Part shown: piece after piece, positions 24,147-37,867 of the stretch
Layout: the number at the start of each line of letters is the position of its first letter
How positions within the stretch are numbered: position 1 is the first letter of the stretch
Assembly (NCBI GenBank): GCA_001662655.1
Contig: KV460210.1
Strand: one strand, 5' to 3'
DNA length: 64,000 nt
From: Pseudogymnoascus verrucosus
Lineage: Eukaryota
The notes under the pieces: generated by a model
Databases searched by the model: none
Told to the model about the DNA's origin: nothing
The model's input: the letters and a program-made list of their open reading frames with translations, nothing else
Position numbers and translations under genes: made by a program

Positions 24147-27100
24147 TCAGTATTCCACCATCCTAGCAAAATGTTGGTTCCAAATCCAACCGATCGTTTC
24201 CATTGGGTCGTCTTGATTCTTTGCGAGCCATAGCTCGCCCTTTTCAGCAATCACGTCAAAGATCTGCAAAATGGTTAGCTGGCTGATGTTTGTCAAGGTG
24301 GAACAATTACAAACCTCGCCGTCTTCATATGTGAGGTAAGGGTAGCCCGCCTCTGTTTTCGTAGCCTCAATGTTGAACTCGTGGAGACTGGCGACTACAT
24401 AAAGAATCTTGTAGCTGGTACGAGGGATGTCCCGGTGCTCAGAAGGGACCTGAGACGACCGCCTGCTTGCGTCATTCTGAGAGGAACCGTCGGTATTGGA
24501 CCATGGGAGTGCAGAATTGAATGCGTCAGAGAACGACGGTTCAGGCGGAGGAAGCCCCTCAGCCCATCGTGTAGGAGTGTATGGCGATTCAAACAGCGAG
24601 CGGTGACCGCTGTTCGCTGACTCCCCGCTTGGTCGGGGCCTATCGCTGGATTCGACACTGAGCCGAGCATCTGGACGACCTCCCAGTGCAACAACAGCAA
24701 GGCTGGCTGAGTTTGCAACGAGAGATGCACGAGGTTGCTCGCTAGATCTGTGAGTTTGGTCTGTGGCTTCGCTTTGGGTTGACAGGCCGCGAGTACGGTT
24801 ATTGGTGGTAGACGCCCTACTCTTTGACTTCAAAGACACCTCATCGTCCCTTGCAGTCGACTGTGAGAGCCGGCTTCTAGCTGATGCCACTGTGCTCCCA
24901 TTCAGAATGCTCATAGCCTGTGCCCTGGCATCTTGGTGCTTGAAGTCGCGGTTGAACTTGTCGAGGATGTCGTTGACGTCCTTTGGTAGCTCGTTCTGTT
25001 CGAGTACGGTCTTCAGCTTATCATTCCAGATGGAGTACCACGCAACTTGTGTAGTAATCAAGCGAGCCAAGCAGAGGTCCTTGAGGTTTTCATTGAGAGA
25101 CGAAAGTTTTGGCAGTTCGAGCTTGAGCGTGTCGTTCAAGGCCGTGTATTGCTCGACTTGCTCGGCGAGCTTCTCATCGATCTTTTTATTTTGGCTCTTC
25201 AAAGTCTCGAACCTCTGGAAATCAGGGCGGCGTTTGTTGCGCTTCTTCAAAGCTGCCTGTGGTGGAATGTACGCCTTGGTGAGGCTGGAAAATGGCTCTA
25301 GGACGTGTTCCCGAATAGCAGCTTTCTGCTATGACATTAGTACAATCCCGGTAGTTGCGTATTAATGAGAGCGGCACTTACGTGTTCTTCCAAAGCTACT
25401 TTCCCCACGTCTCTCATAGACAGATTAAACCGGGCCCATTTACTCTCCAGCTCGGGATAACTGGACGGCGATGCTCGGACTACCAGTTCGATTGCAGACA
25501 AGTAGCGCAAAAAGTCGTCGACCCAACGAGTCACATTCTCGAGGTAGAGGTCGATATCTCGGATGATGAACTGCAAATGAATCCACTCGGAGTGGAATTT
25601 GTCGCAGTATTTGAGATACTCCTGGTCTTCATTCGCCCTGTCGTGTAGGACAGCTGTTTCTGCTCTCTCACGACGAGTAAATGGATTCTTTAGGCCAGAT
25701 CGGATGTCCGACTCTTTCCTCTTGCGGCCAGTAACAATCTCATTGACTTTGTGAATGCGCTTCTTTTGACCGTCTATGTTGTCAAGGAGACGCTTGATAT
25801 CCTCGAGAGATTTCTGAAGTGACGGGTAATCCGGATGTAGCTCTGGTGTGTTTTTGACAATTCCCGTCAGCAGTAACTGATATCGTGTGATACGTTGCAC
25901 CGGCTTTACTAGCAAGGCATCCAAATCCCAGGCGCCAGTCAGGTCTTTTGCAACCGCATTGCACTCCTCCAGCCAGACATTGACCGTGGGGTCTGCCTGC
26001 AGCAACTGTAGGCGATTTGTCCCTTGCTCACTGTTTTTCAGGAAATTGGCATACACCTTCTCCATCTCTTCGATGTGGCGCCCGAAATTTTCGCCGACCG
26101 TGGTCTTTTGGTCCTTTGCCCAGTCACTCTCGTCTTCTGCAAGCGACAGAGGCCTGTCTCCGGTGTCTGTAGATTCAACAGATTTCGCTGCGTCGGCCTG
26201 CTTGGACTTTGTCGAGCGAGGGATGTAGATTGCGGTACTGGAAGCCTTGATATCGGCAAGGAATCGCTCGGAAAATGCAATAACCTCGTCGCTGTTGCGG
26301 AATATGGCTTTGATATCGCCAGTGCCCAGTTTTGGGCAAGCCTCTGCTGTGCCTTGATAAATCTCAACGACCACGTTCATATCCTTGAGATAGACAGCCT
26401 CCGTATCAATTAACTCCTGGATGAGCATTTTTCGATGGCGAAGTGCCGCCGCGGCAGCTCCAGGAGCCACACTGTCGTCGCTGTTCTGCGGTGCATCGAT
26501 GGAGAGATGGTCTGTGCTCGAGAGCGATGTCTCACCGGCATCCCCCTCCACAGAAATCTGGGCGCTGGATCTGGCTGTAGAGGTAGATGGCCGATAAGAG
26601 TACATGTCATCTCCGCTGACACGTCTGGACTCGGGGTCCTTGAAGCTATAGCGATGCAAACTTGGCGGTGGGTGACGATTCCACACGTTTGAGGGTGGGG
26701 GCGTCCTTCGTCGCGTGGTAGAATGTGCAGGCGAAGACGGCGCCCCAGCAAGCCACGGCGGCGGTGCTGGTATTGGGGGTATTGTCGACTTGCTCCGAGG
26801 CGGTTTGATAGTGCGGTTGATCCCCGTTAGATCCGTCATTGACGAATAGAACTCAGAGGAATTGTCATAACTTTCATCTCCATCGGGTCTTGGGGAGAAA
26901 AGCTCCTCATAGCTTGCTGGTTTTGGAGGAACGTCTGGTTTCGCTGGAAGTATAGGCTCCTTGGGAGGCGGTGGGGGTGGTATAGACGGTTCTTGAAACA
27001 AGCCCGACGACGAATTTGTGTTGACATACCAAGACGATCTATTGCTGGCGTCGACGGTAATATCTGACCAGTTCGATGGATGGCTGGCCCTTTGATGGTT

Positions 27101-29773
27101 GTCATGTTGATCGACGTCTTCAGCTTCACCTACGCTCCCTGAGCTTCCATAGTCGATCTCCGTCACTGGCGAGCCTTCAATATCAGGTGGATTGGGAGAC
27201 TTTGTGGGTGATGAATATAGTAATGTATCTAGTTTGGACAAACCCAAAGAAGATCGGCTTGGCGAGCTGTGACGAGACGGCCAGGATGTCGGAGGTGCAA
27301 ACGCGCCAGTGTCGGATTGCACAGCCCCATCGTTGTCAGACGTGGTAATGACTTCGCTGTAGGACATGGAATGGTCTACCTTAGGCAGAGCAGCGGCGTC
27401 ATCTGGGTGGACATCACTTATAATTGGCCCTGGTTCGAACTCCGAGTGAGGAGATGAGGCCCGGACAAATGACGTGGACTCTGTCTCTTGCTCATAAGGC
27501 TGAGGGGCAATATCCACAAAGGTAAGAGGCTCCAATTGGTGCTCACCATCCAGTACCTGGCGCTGGCTATCGGCAAAGTCTGGAAACTGGGATTCCCCAT
27601 TCGACGCATCATCCAAAACGATTTGTATTGAGCCATCGTTGGCGTCAAAATAGTCATCGGGACTGCCAATGGAGTCTCGCTGAGATGACAGTGGCTGCGG
27701 GGTGGAATCTTGCGGGAAATTCGAGGCTGAATGATGCTGGGCCGGTTCCGTTTGCAGTTCGTTATCGAATAGAGTGACAGCCGTCACGTTAGATACTGCA
27801 GAGGATGGCGATTCGTCGATTTCAGCTTGCTGCCGAGGAAAGCTTCCGGGCATGCCTAAAGTTGGAGAGTCTTTCGACAGTGGCGCTGCTGAGCCGGAGA
27901 AGCTGGTATCGACGACTAACTTGGGTTCTTTGACATATTCTGTGCGCTGGTCAACTGTTGACGGGCCCTGGAGATCCGCTTCGTTCTGTGTGGCAGCTCC
28001 TTCGAGAGGTGCTTGATCATTCTCTTTCTGCTCTGTCTCTTGTATTGTCTTCGAGAATGCCTGCTGTATCCGGGCTCGCTTTGCCGCGTAGTCCACGGGC
28101 CCCGCGGAGGCTAGCCTGTTGATCCGAGCCTTCTCCTGGATCCTACTCTCTGCGCGGTTGCTGAAACTAGAACTCGCACGTGAACTGGCATCGGAGACCT
28201 TATTTCGGGAGCTTGCGGTAGTAGCCGCTGAGACGGGCTGCCTTGGCCTGGAGCTCCTGAGGGGTGGAGATTTCATTGGGGGTGGTGATGAGATATAAGC
28301 CTTCAGGCTGGCATTATTGGTAGATATTTTTGCTGGACTCCTGCCCTGGCCACGAGCGGACAGTCGACTGCCTGTGCTTCTGTGACCTGGGGGGCTCCAC
28401 GGACGTGTATCAGGCTTCTTGTTGGATGCAATCATTTTTGTCGCGAACGGAGAGGAAGACCGAGTGCTGGGAGTAGAAGAGGCTGAAGAATGGCTGGTGC
28501 GCTTGGAGCTTATGGGCAGGCGTGATTTCGACGCTGCCTTAGGTGTGGATTTTTCGTCTGTTTTTTCGTCCAATTTCATGAATGCCATTTCATTAGACCC
28601 GACGAGCACGCTGGAAGGCGGAAACCCAGAAAAATCGCTCTGGGATCGGTTGTGGGTCCTGGCATGCTTTGGAGCAGCGCCCATCCCGAGGTCATCCAAT
28701 TTTGGGGTGACGCCGAGATACCAAGCAGTTGGAGACGTCGGGGATACGTCGACATCAGACGAACTTCGCCGGTGAGACCAAGATTGTGACATGAGGCTGG
28801 AATCCGAGGTTCGGCGAGCGCGACTGCGAGGATCTGAGATGCCGTACGCTATTTGAGATCCAGATTCGGTGGGGACGATCTCTCCAAAGAGTGGTTTTCG
28901 TGTAGCGTCTGTTGCAGCGGGCTTTGGGGGGATAATCGAAATGGCAAGATTCGACACAGACCGAGAGCCGTTGGTGAACTCGCCAAACTGATTCTTTGCA
29001 TTGGGGGAACGAGCCGCGGAAGATAAAGTGTTGTTTGAACGCTGGTCTTCCACAGCGAACCTATTCCGCTGTGTGGTCCTCGATGGAGGCGTTTTCGCAG
29101 GTCCGGCGTATGCATCTCTCGTAGCCTGGCCAGGTCTTATGCCTGGTTGTTGTTTTTGAATTGACGCAGCTGGCCTATATCGGTTGGAGGCATCGAGAGG
29201 CCTGGCTGGTGGCTGTCTGGGAGGAGTTTTGCGTGGGAGTGAACTTGCCTGCTCGCCATTGGGATCGAAACGCTTCAACAAGTCTCTAACGCTTGGCTGT
29301 TGGCTTCGAGGCACGCCTTTCAGAGCTGGCGCGGGTTTTGCACGGCCGTCATTCATTGGTGCGGATACGGATCTGAATGATTGCTTTGCCGCCGTGTGCG
29401 AGCCAGCTATGACTGGGTACTTTGCTGTGGTACCATTGCTGTTCAGTAACGGAGTGGAGCTGATTCTCTGGCCAGAAGTAGGCTTGCTGGTCGGAATGCC
29501 TGCGGTTGTATCCAGCTTCCCTTGGAACCCCTTGTAGAAGTCGTCGGGCGAATCTACAAGATCTGCTGCCGCGCCGCCGCTGTTTGTGTACCCAGCCATA
29601 CCCATTGGTTGAAGACTGTTGTTCGCAAGTTCTTTGTTGTGGTCTGCGTCGCCGCTGCGAAGTTCAGACGAGGCTCCCGAGATGAAGGCGGTCTCGTTGT
29701 TTTCATCCTGGAAGGGCTGGTGCAGGTTCGATTGCGCATAGAAGTTCTGATCGGCTGTGAGGCTAGAGTCCAT
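24147..29773 (-). CDS. Rho guanine nucleotide exchange factor (DH domain, BAR-like helical region and C-terminal SH3-like domain)
   Basis: DH motifs RKMLIQELIDTEAVYLKDM and LDALLVKPVQRITRYQLLL; helical region YTALNDTLKLELPKL; SH3-like VASLHEFNI...YLTYEDGEIFDVIAEKGELWLAKN...IGWIW. Introns about 25326/25329-25381 and 24264-24314. Confidence 0.88.
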
Positions 29774-30533
29774 GCTGGCAAGGCGTCATGGACCTCTCGT
29801 ATCTAGCTTTGGCCGAGTCCTGGTGAAGGTATATTGCCGAATGCGTGGTGTGTCCTATAGCATCATCTTCGTAGGTCGGCTTGTTAAATACAGGCAGTCA
29901 CAAAGCGATTGACGAGGCCGCTAGGTTCCTGGGCTTGATAAACGTGGAATTCGACGGTTCACGAAAATAGTGACGCAGTAATCGTCGATCTTCCTCCAGG
30001 GTCCCGGAAGGAATGAGTATGGAGCGTCCGTGGGCTAAGGTGTCAAGTGAGTGCGCGTTGAGGTTATGGCGGGATTGATAGATGGTGTTTCTGCTCGCCC
30101 TTTGCAGCCCAGGACAGCGGAAGAAACGAGTGGAACGGGCGAGGAGTGGTCGTCGATGAAGTTGTGTATGCACGGAGGTGTTGTAAGTACACGCGAGTGC
30201 TTATCCTTCCCTGGCCGCTAAAATTAACCTACCTCCGCCAACTCAGAGGTCATGCAATTGGCCGCTGACGATCGGAACTTGAGCCACCGCCGCCACAACA
30301 ACAACGCCGCCCAGACGTCGCGTCTGCCACAAAAAGGACCCTTACACAAGCGAAAAGAACCGCGTTGGCGTTAAGACATCACCTGTACCTCTATAGTAAT
30401 TATAAGCGTGTGGTTCATCCACAATCAGAGAGCTGGTGTTTTACTTTTGGGGAAGTTGCTCTGTTGTCATGGCATAGCAGGGATACAGATGTGTTGAGTC
30501 GCAGAGGCAGTGATGGTTTATCACTTTCACACC

Positions 30534-33500
30534 ATGGCTCGCAGGAGAAAGAGGCACAGGGCCAAGGTGGCCATCGATGAGGCCAATAAACGTCCCACTC
30601 TCCCGTATTCTTCCCATGCGCCAGTCAACGTGGTACAGCAGTCCCTGCTCTCTCGATTCTATCCTGAGGTCCTCACGCTGAGGGAGTATCTGCTTGTGAA
30701 GCTTCCTAGCAACTCTAGGATCCGAAGGAAGAAGGTGTTGACAGCTGGCAGAAGAGATCGCGACCAGAGTGATAGAGAGACTGCAATAGATGATGCAGAT
30801 AGCCTTGGGCCGTTTCTTGACTCAACCCTAGTTGGTATACCTCATCACAACCCACAGAGTGAGCAGCGGACGACCAGGTGGAATTCCTTCACGAACCAGG
30901 CGGATTTATCTGGGTTGGACGCAACTATGACCTCTATCGACCTTGGACACTCGCAATCTGAGGTGCGTCTGTCTATTGAGAGTGGGTTGTATGGCTAAAT
31001 AATGTTTTCAGATTGTCGACTTTGCAGTATGGTTGCTCTTCAACAACAGCACGAGGGAAAACACCTCTATCAAACACCTCCTTTGTCAAGGATTTAGCAA
31101 AATCCCGTCTGCAGGGCGTATGGATGCTAACAATGCAGCTGTTCGCAGACTTGTACCAGTGTTTCCCAACAAGCACTTCGATGAGCTCAAGTTGGACCCT
31201 TGGCCGCAGGTGCTAGGCTTATTGGGAAAGGGCGGAGACCGTGTCATGATCGATTTGCTAGTTGACTGTGGGATATTTCTTGCTGCTGGTAATGGGCGTG
31301 GCAATTACTTTCAGATATGCGGTATGTATTTGCATGCAGAGGCACGGGAGGTTACTGAATTTGAAAGGTTTGCCGCTCGGAGACCTCCAAATCCTGGATC
31401 AAGGTGGACGAAGCGAACTGTCAGGCAGGACACCGACCCTACCGATAGATAGGAACCCTTCAAGCATAGCCTTCCTACGAAGCAAAATCCTTTATGCACG
31501 GCCAACACTGAATTCTAGAGGCGCTGTGACATTCGGTCTGCGCCATATCCGTAAGGATGTTTATCTGATTTTTATGGCTACGCTGACTGTTTGAGATGTC
31601 CTGAACCGTTATCCCTCAGCCTGTTTGGAAGAAGGGTCCATTCATCGAAACACGCTCCAGGTCATAAAGTACATATTCCCCAGGCAGTTTGGCCTTCACA
31701 ATGTCTTTGATTCTGTCGTCGATTTCCGCGAGACTGTCCACCCGTTTAAGGATTATACTCTTCGTGAGGACGAGATCCGTAGGTTGCCTCCAAACCACAA
31801 GGGCGCATCTTCCACCAGAATTCCCAGGCGACTGAGAGGGCCATTGGTGAGCCTCGTGCGAAAACTACAGATATTACACGAAAGATGCCCTTATGGCCAA
31901 TTAGTTGCACATTACTGTCCATCAAATGTAAGGGACTTTCTGTTCTGTCAGCTAGCAGGACTTATATTCATATAGGCACTTGCAACCTTTCCGCAACCCT
32001 CGAACGACGATGCTTCACGGAACTTTCGAACCCAGAAATCAACACCAGGAAGCCATAATGGGACTGGCCCCACGCTGGTCCATCTCCCTAAGAAACCAAA
32101 AAAGGATAGCATCATGGAACTTGCCACCCCCAGTGCAAACGTGTCAGCATTTTGCCGTGCTGTGCTGGGAAGAGTGATTCCAGACGAGTTCTTTGGAACT
32201 GGCGAGGACCAGGCACACAATATACAGGTGCTGATGAGGAACGTGGACCGATTTATTGAACTGAGGAGGTTCGAAACAATTTCTCTCCACGATGTGACGC
32301 AGGGAATGAAGGTACCTAGCCCATCCCATGAATTACAAATTATACTGACAGTCCAGATTTCCACCGTTCCGTGGCTAAACTCGGAGAACATCAACAGCTC
32401 ACAACCAGACACCCGCAAGAAATGGGATATGTTTTACGAGTTCATGTATTACATATTCGACTCCTTGATCATCCCTCTGATTCGATGCAATTTCCATGTC
32501 ACGGAATCTGGCGTACACCGCTATCGCATATTCTTCTTCCGACAGGACGTCTGGCGCAATCTGGCTGAGCCGGCGATGACATCATTAAAGCTCGCGATGT
32601 TTGAAGAAGTCGATATAAACATTGCTAATTCAGTATTGGACTCGCGCACCATTGGCTTCAGCCAGATCAGGCTCCTACCAAAAGAGAAGGGTGTCAGGCC
32701 CATACTGAATCTTCGACGACGGCAGCTTCGGCGAGACTCGAAGAGATCACTTGGACCTAGTATCAACTCGACATTGGCCCCGGTGTATAATATGTTGACT
32801 TTTGAAAAGGTGTGTACTGGCGATTGTTTCCTGGCTGATGCTAATACTGCCAGAACCTATCACCCGCGAAGTTTGGCTCTACTCTCTTCTCTGTCGGCGA
32901 CCTGTACAACAAAATCAAAAAGTTTGCGGAAGCAATCAAACCCGTGAGCAATCTATACTTTTGCAAAGTCGATGTGCAATCCGCATTCGACACGATACCC
33001 CAGGCAGCTGTCGTCAAGCTCATATCCGCCTTGCCAACGAGCGACGAATACCAGATCTCCAAGCACGTCGAGGTAAAGCCAGGAGATGGATATCGGCATG
33101 GGCAGGCGAAACCGATCCGCAAATGGACTTCTCTGGCCAGGGCGGCAGGTGACCAACCGTTTGACTTGATGACCAACGGCAAGAATACCATCTTTACTGA
33201 AAATCTTGCGGTCCAGAGCCACAGCAAGGACCAGCTTCTATCTCTGCTTTCGGAACATGTCCAGAGAAACCTGGTCAAGATTGGGAAGAAGTTCTATCGG
33301 CAAAAGAAGGGGATTCCCCAGGGATCCGTTATATCTTCATTGCTGTGCAATTACTTTTACGCCGACTTGGAAGCGAAGCATCTGTCATTCCTTAATCCCG
33401 ATGGAAGCTTGCTGCTGAGGCTTATTGATGACTTCTTGCTAATCACGATCGATCCCGAGCATGGTAGACGGTTTATCCAGACGATGCACGATGGGCTTCC

Positions 33501-34131
33501 AGAATACGGGGTTTCTGTTAATCCCGAAAAGACCCTCGTCAACTTTGAGACATCCATTAATGGTCAGAAAGTCAAGCGACTGGTCAAGGGCAAAGAGTTT
33601 CCGTACTGCGGCACGTTTATTAATACGAATACCTTGCACATATCCAAAGATCGAGAGAGACATAAGGACCTGGCTGTTGTCGACTCTCTGACAGTTGAGT
33701 TTTCAAAGACGCCGGGCAAGACATTTCACCGCAAGGTCCTCAACTCGTTCAAGATACAATGCCACGCTATGTTTATGGACACAACGTTCAATTCGCCGAC
33801 GGTCGTCGCAAGAAACATATTTGAGAGTTTCGTCGAGTGTGCGAACAAGATGTGCGCATACACGAGATGCCTTCCAACGCAGAAACAGCCTGGCGCGGAT
33901 ATCATCATTCGAACGATTGTCGGTCTGGTAGATCTCGCGTTTCTTTTGATTAAGAGCAAAGAGAAGAATCCGAAGAACTTGGCTTATCGATGCGCGATAT
34001 CCAAGACGGAGATTCGATGGCTTGCCCTGCGAGCGTTTCATAGCGTTTTGAAACCTCAACAGAGTAGGTATAGGGAGGAGATGATGTGGTTAGATGATCA
34101 GTTGCAGCCGTGGGCGGCGAGGAGGGGATAG
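30534..34131 (+). CDS. TERT: Telomerase reverse transcriptase
   Basis: T motif FHVTESGVHRYRIFFFRQDVW; motifs 1/2 IRLLPKEKGVRPI; A YFCKVDVQSAFDTIPQ; B' QKKGIPQGSVISSLLC; C LLRLIDDFLLI; E FPYCG. Seven exons; introns 30963-31011, 31322-31367, 31551-31595, 31928-31975, 32312-32356, 32810-32853. Confidence 0.96.
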
Positions 34132-34532
34132 GAGGCGTTTAGATGAGGAATATTTAGGCGGCAGGAATTACTGTCCCCTCCTCAACATCTTCTTAATCAG
34201 CCGCTTGAACAGTCCTTTAAATGTAGACCGAAGTCCGGGTAAATGGTGGTAGTGAGCCGCTCCGGCAGCGTAAGTCATGGTAGCAAGTTGATATCGGAGG
34301 ACGTCAAACCACTCTTGGGCCGGTTCCTGGCTTCCCATGTGCCTCCATTCCCCATCTAGCTGCGCTGACAGGTTGTGGAAATGTCGTTTGTGACTAGCTT
34401 GGAGTTGGTCTAGTTTGGGGATTTTATGGGTAGACCGCGGTCTCCTGTTATCGATTTACGGCTAAACACCAAAGCTGCAGAGTCTATTTTGTGGGAAACG
34501 GGTCTTTCCACATTCTGTCCTAATTTTATTTC

Positions 34533-36340
34533 CTATCCGTAAAGTCTATAGTTCTCCATTAACTTACCATCGGCTTTGTTTTCCTCCGAATATGGCTTTG
34601 CTTTACCAGTAGCTGGAGACCTAAAAAACGGTTCATCAACCCCTTTTACTTCTTTTAACTGGGGGAGTAGCCTTCCTCCTTGAAAGTCCGCCATTAAACC
34701 CGACAATAACGAATCATGCCTCTCATCATAGCCATAATGATACCCGAGGATGCAGAGATGCTCTAACTTTGGCGGAAGGGATTCGATTAGAGTTTGATAC
34801 TTTTCGTCCCTCGATCCATGCATATGTTTCGCTTCTAAGTCTTCATGGATGGCCGTTTTGTTATTCTGCTGCGACCTTTGTCCTGCTCTATCCCGGTAAG
34901 AATATCTGGGACTGTCATGGTGGTCTTGCCCACTCCCACTCACGGGCTTATCGCCCATGGCCAAATAGAATAGAAGCCTCAAGTTGATTGTCAGGCGAGT
35001 CAAGGATGTGAAATGCACCAAAATCCTTCCAGTGCCCATAAGATTTTCGATCGAAATATCAGATTGAGCACGGCAGTTTCTCTCACCCAGAGATGGCTCC
35101 AGTGGTAATGGTAGCTCCTCGGTATCAAAATCCGCTATTACATCACCTATTTCTACATCGAGCACTTCGAGGCTGAGCCGATGCGAGAGCAGCGCCCTAG
35201 CTAGAGTCTTAGGGGCTATTACACCAATCCCACGAGGGTTCGGATGATTAATATCCAGAGGGGGTCGTGTCCAAAACGTGAACTCCGTAAGTCGCTTACA
35301 AACGTCGATAAGACGCTCTAGGTATCTCGTTGTCACGTAGGAACTCTCAAAGTAGATTTTGCTGATATCAGATGAGTTTGGACGGGGCGTGGAGAATTGT
35401 CCGGCGTCGGCATTCTCTATGACGAAACCACCAGAGCGGTTTTCTCTCATCGCCCCGACACGAATACTCTCGAGATTTGGCAGCTGGTATACCAGATTGA
35501 GATTTTCTAGAAGGGCAAAACAGCGATGCACATACCAGAGATCTCGGTTCTTGAGGATGAATGTGATATGTCGGACACGCTGTAAAGCTCCCGTCTTCGC
35601 AATATTCACATTTATCCGGTCCAGAAATTCCATTAATGGGGAACTGGGCACAGGGTTGTTCCCAGCTGCTAGAACCATCCGCGTGGAAAATATTCCTCGT
35701 GTAGGATCGACCAACGGACTTAGACATAGCGATACCAGATTCGGCGAGACTGAGATAAACAAAGCGGCTAGTGCCTGGAGTTTTAGAACCACGGGGTTGT
35801 CTTCCGAAGACAGGCTACTATTGTAATAATTAGGTTATTCTTGAGCATCTGTCACCAGAGGTGGATTTTCCCTCACTATATACCGCTGTATCCACGGGGT
35901 AATTTGGGAAATTTTTCCGCTTTCTTAAGAATAAACTCTGCAACTCGTCGCTCCTCGGTTCCGCTGAAGCCAGCCTTTCTCGTGGCTGAATATACTCTAG
36001 CTGCATCTTCCTCATCTTCATCATCTTCATCATAATCTTTTATCCAACCGTTTTTCTCCCGAGTATATTCAGCCTCGGAAAGATTGGCGCAAAATTCAAG
36101 ATCGCGCACATAAGTTCCTAATATCGGCTTTCGCAGGATACTCAACAAGAGCTTGGTGAGTTTCCGGAGGTTGCAATCTCCATTGAGTGAGATACGATGG
36201 TACATCTTCCTAGTAGCCATATTGCATAGTCCATAAAGACGCTGACACTGCACCGCAAGAGCCTCAATATCCCTGATGGAGTGGACTTGAGAGATGATTA
36301 CTTCGAGCACCTCGAGGGGTAAGTCTAGGAGGGTTGGCAT
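34533..36340 (-). CDS. F-box domain protein with degenerate LRR-like C-terminal region
   Basis: N-terminal LLDLPLEVLEVIISQV F-box signature. A 59-nt intron 35818-35876 (GTGAGG...CCTAAT...TAG) joins the two ORFs in frame. LRR-like segments LPNLESIRV, FTSLTRLTI and LPPKLEHLCI. Confidence 0.72.
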
Positions 36341-37047
36341 GGTTGTGTTGGCATCAGGCAGGAGAGCGAGATGTGTGTATTTTCAGAACGCGGTAACCCA
36401 TTGACTTGATCAATAGAAGCGGGTGGTCTGGCGCCTTCGCTGTTTGTATAATTATTCTTAGGCTGGTCCGCTGGTAAAATATGAGAAGTGGGGTAATGGG
36501 GTAATTACTTGGCGGGCGCACAGTAAGTTGCTATTTATAGGTGCGATTCAAACTTAACATGCATTGATATAAATATCGTTGCCTGTTCATGTTCGAGGCA
36601 TCCTAGAGGATCTTCGAGACTATGCTTCGTGATTTTACCTTTAATACTATACTTACACTACGTCCTAGATAGCCTCGACGGAGGTGACCTTCTCCAAGTG
36701 GTTTGAAACTCATAAACGAAACAGTTGAGAATCTATACAGCTGGGGGGGTGCTGCAGATAAGTTGTTATCGCACTTTGCAAAGAAATAATGTGCCTTAAA
36801 GAACATATAGTTAATATGTGAACCATGGTGTTGATTATAGTCGTTTATAAAGCGACCTAACAGTGATAATTACGCACCATAGCAAGAAAGCTGGCGCGGA
36901 TTGGCGCCAATGATAGTCAGTTATTGAATGCGGCGTAAAAGTACACCTTAGCCATAGACTGATGACGAAGTACATCAGCGCTGGCTCAGACCGAGAGTAT
37001 ATAATCATCCGTGGCAGCCTTGAAGTTTAATGATTTGTATTAACCGT

Positions 37048-37867
37048 TCACTCAAAAGGGCTCCCAGGCACGGGGCTCTGAACCCCTCTTTTCTTTAACC
37101 AGTCATGAATGCCGTACTCCCACCTTGCAAAAAGGCTCTTCTCCTCCTTTGCCACCACACCTTCCCGAACCCATACCGCATAGGCCCCCATACGATTTGC
37201 AAGCACGACATCGGTCGCGAGGCGGTCCCCAACTATGGCCACCTCTTCAGGCTTCAGGTCGCGTAACTCAGCGTGGGAGTGGAAATAAGCCATTATCTCC
37301 GCGCTGCAGCCGGGCTTCTTGGTGCGGTGTGCGAGGACTGGGACGGACGTCGCGGCGGCGAGGAGGGCGGAGGAGGTGAGATCCGGGTCCATGGAGGGGG
37401 TGCCGGCTGTGTTGGAAACGATTAACATAGATGGGTGCGGGTAGGCTGCGCGAAGGCGAGTGAATTGTGCCTGATTTGTGGTTAGTTTAACGTTCATATA
37501 TGGCGGGGAGTTGTCAGGGGCAATAGGGATAGGAAAATAATCACGTGAAAAAAGCGACAAAAAAACAACAGAACAGCATCCATTAATTCTCAAATGGATA
37601 TTGACAATAAGAAATCAAACAACATACCTTGAACTCAGGCGCAATCTCGTTCTCGCCAGGCCTGGCGAAGCAATCATCTTTGTCCAGAACCACGGCCCGG
37701 ATATTCACCTTCCCAAAGCGCTTATCGTTGTCGAAAGCACGAGATAAGGGAAGGGGCAGATCATTGAAGTTCCGGACAACCGCTTGAGGGATGCATTGTG
37801 ATGGGCGGAAGAGGAGGCTCAGCGCCGAGAGCGTGCCCGAGAGATTGAAGGTGCGAAGATCAACCAT
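37048..37867 (-). CDS. gep4: Mitochondrial phosphatidylglycerophosphatase (HAD IIIA, Gep4-like)
   Basis: IRAVVLDKDDCFA (HAD motif I), LIVSNTAG, KKPGC, AIVGDRLATDVVLAN. Intron 37471-37627. Confidence 0.9.

Noticed and set aside
32854..34131. Reverse transcriptase motifs as a retrotransposon or retron
   Set aside because: T motif, CP/QFP-like regions, spliceosomal introns and absence of LTRs, gag or integrase show this is the cellular TERT gene.
35792..35880. Frameshift or pseudogene in the F-box gene
   Set aside because: A canonical 59-nt intron joins the two ORFs in frame.
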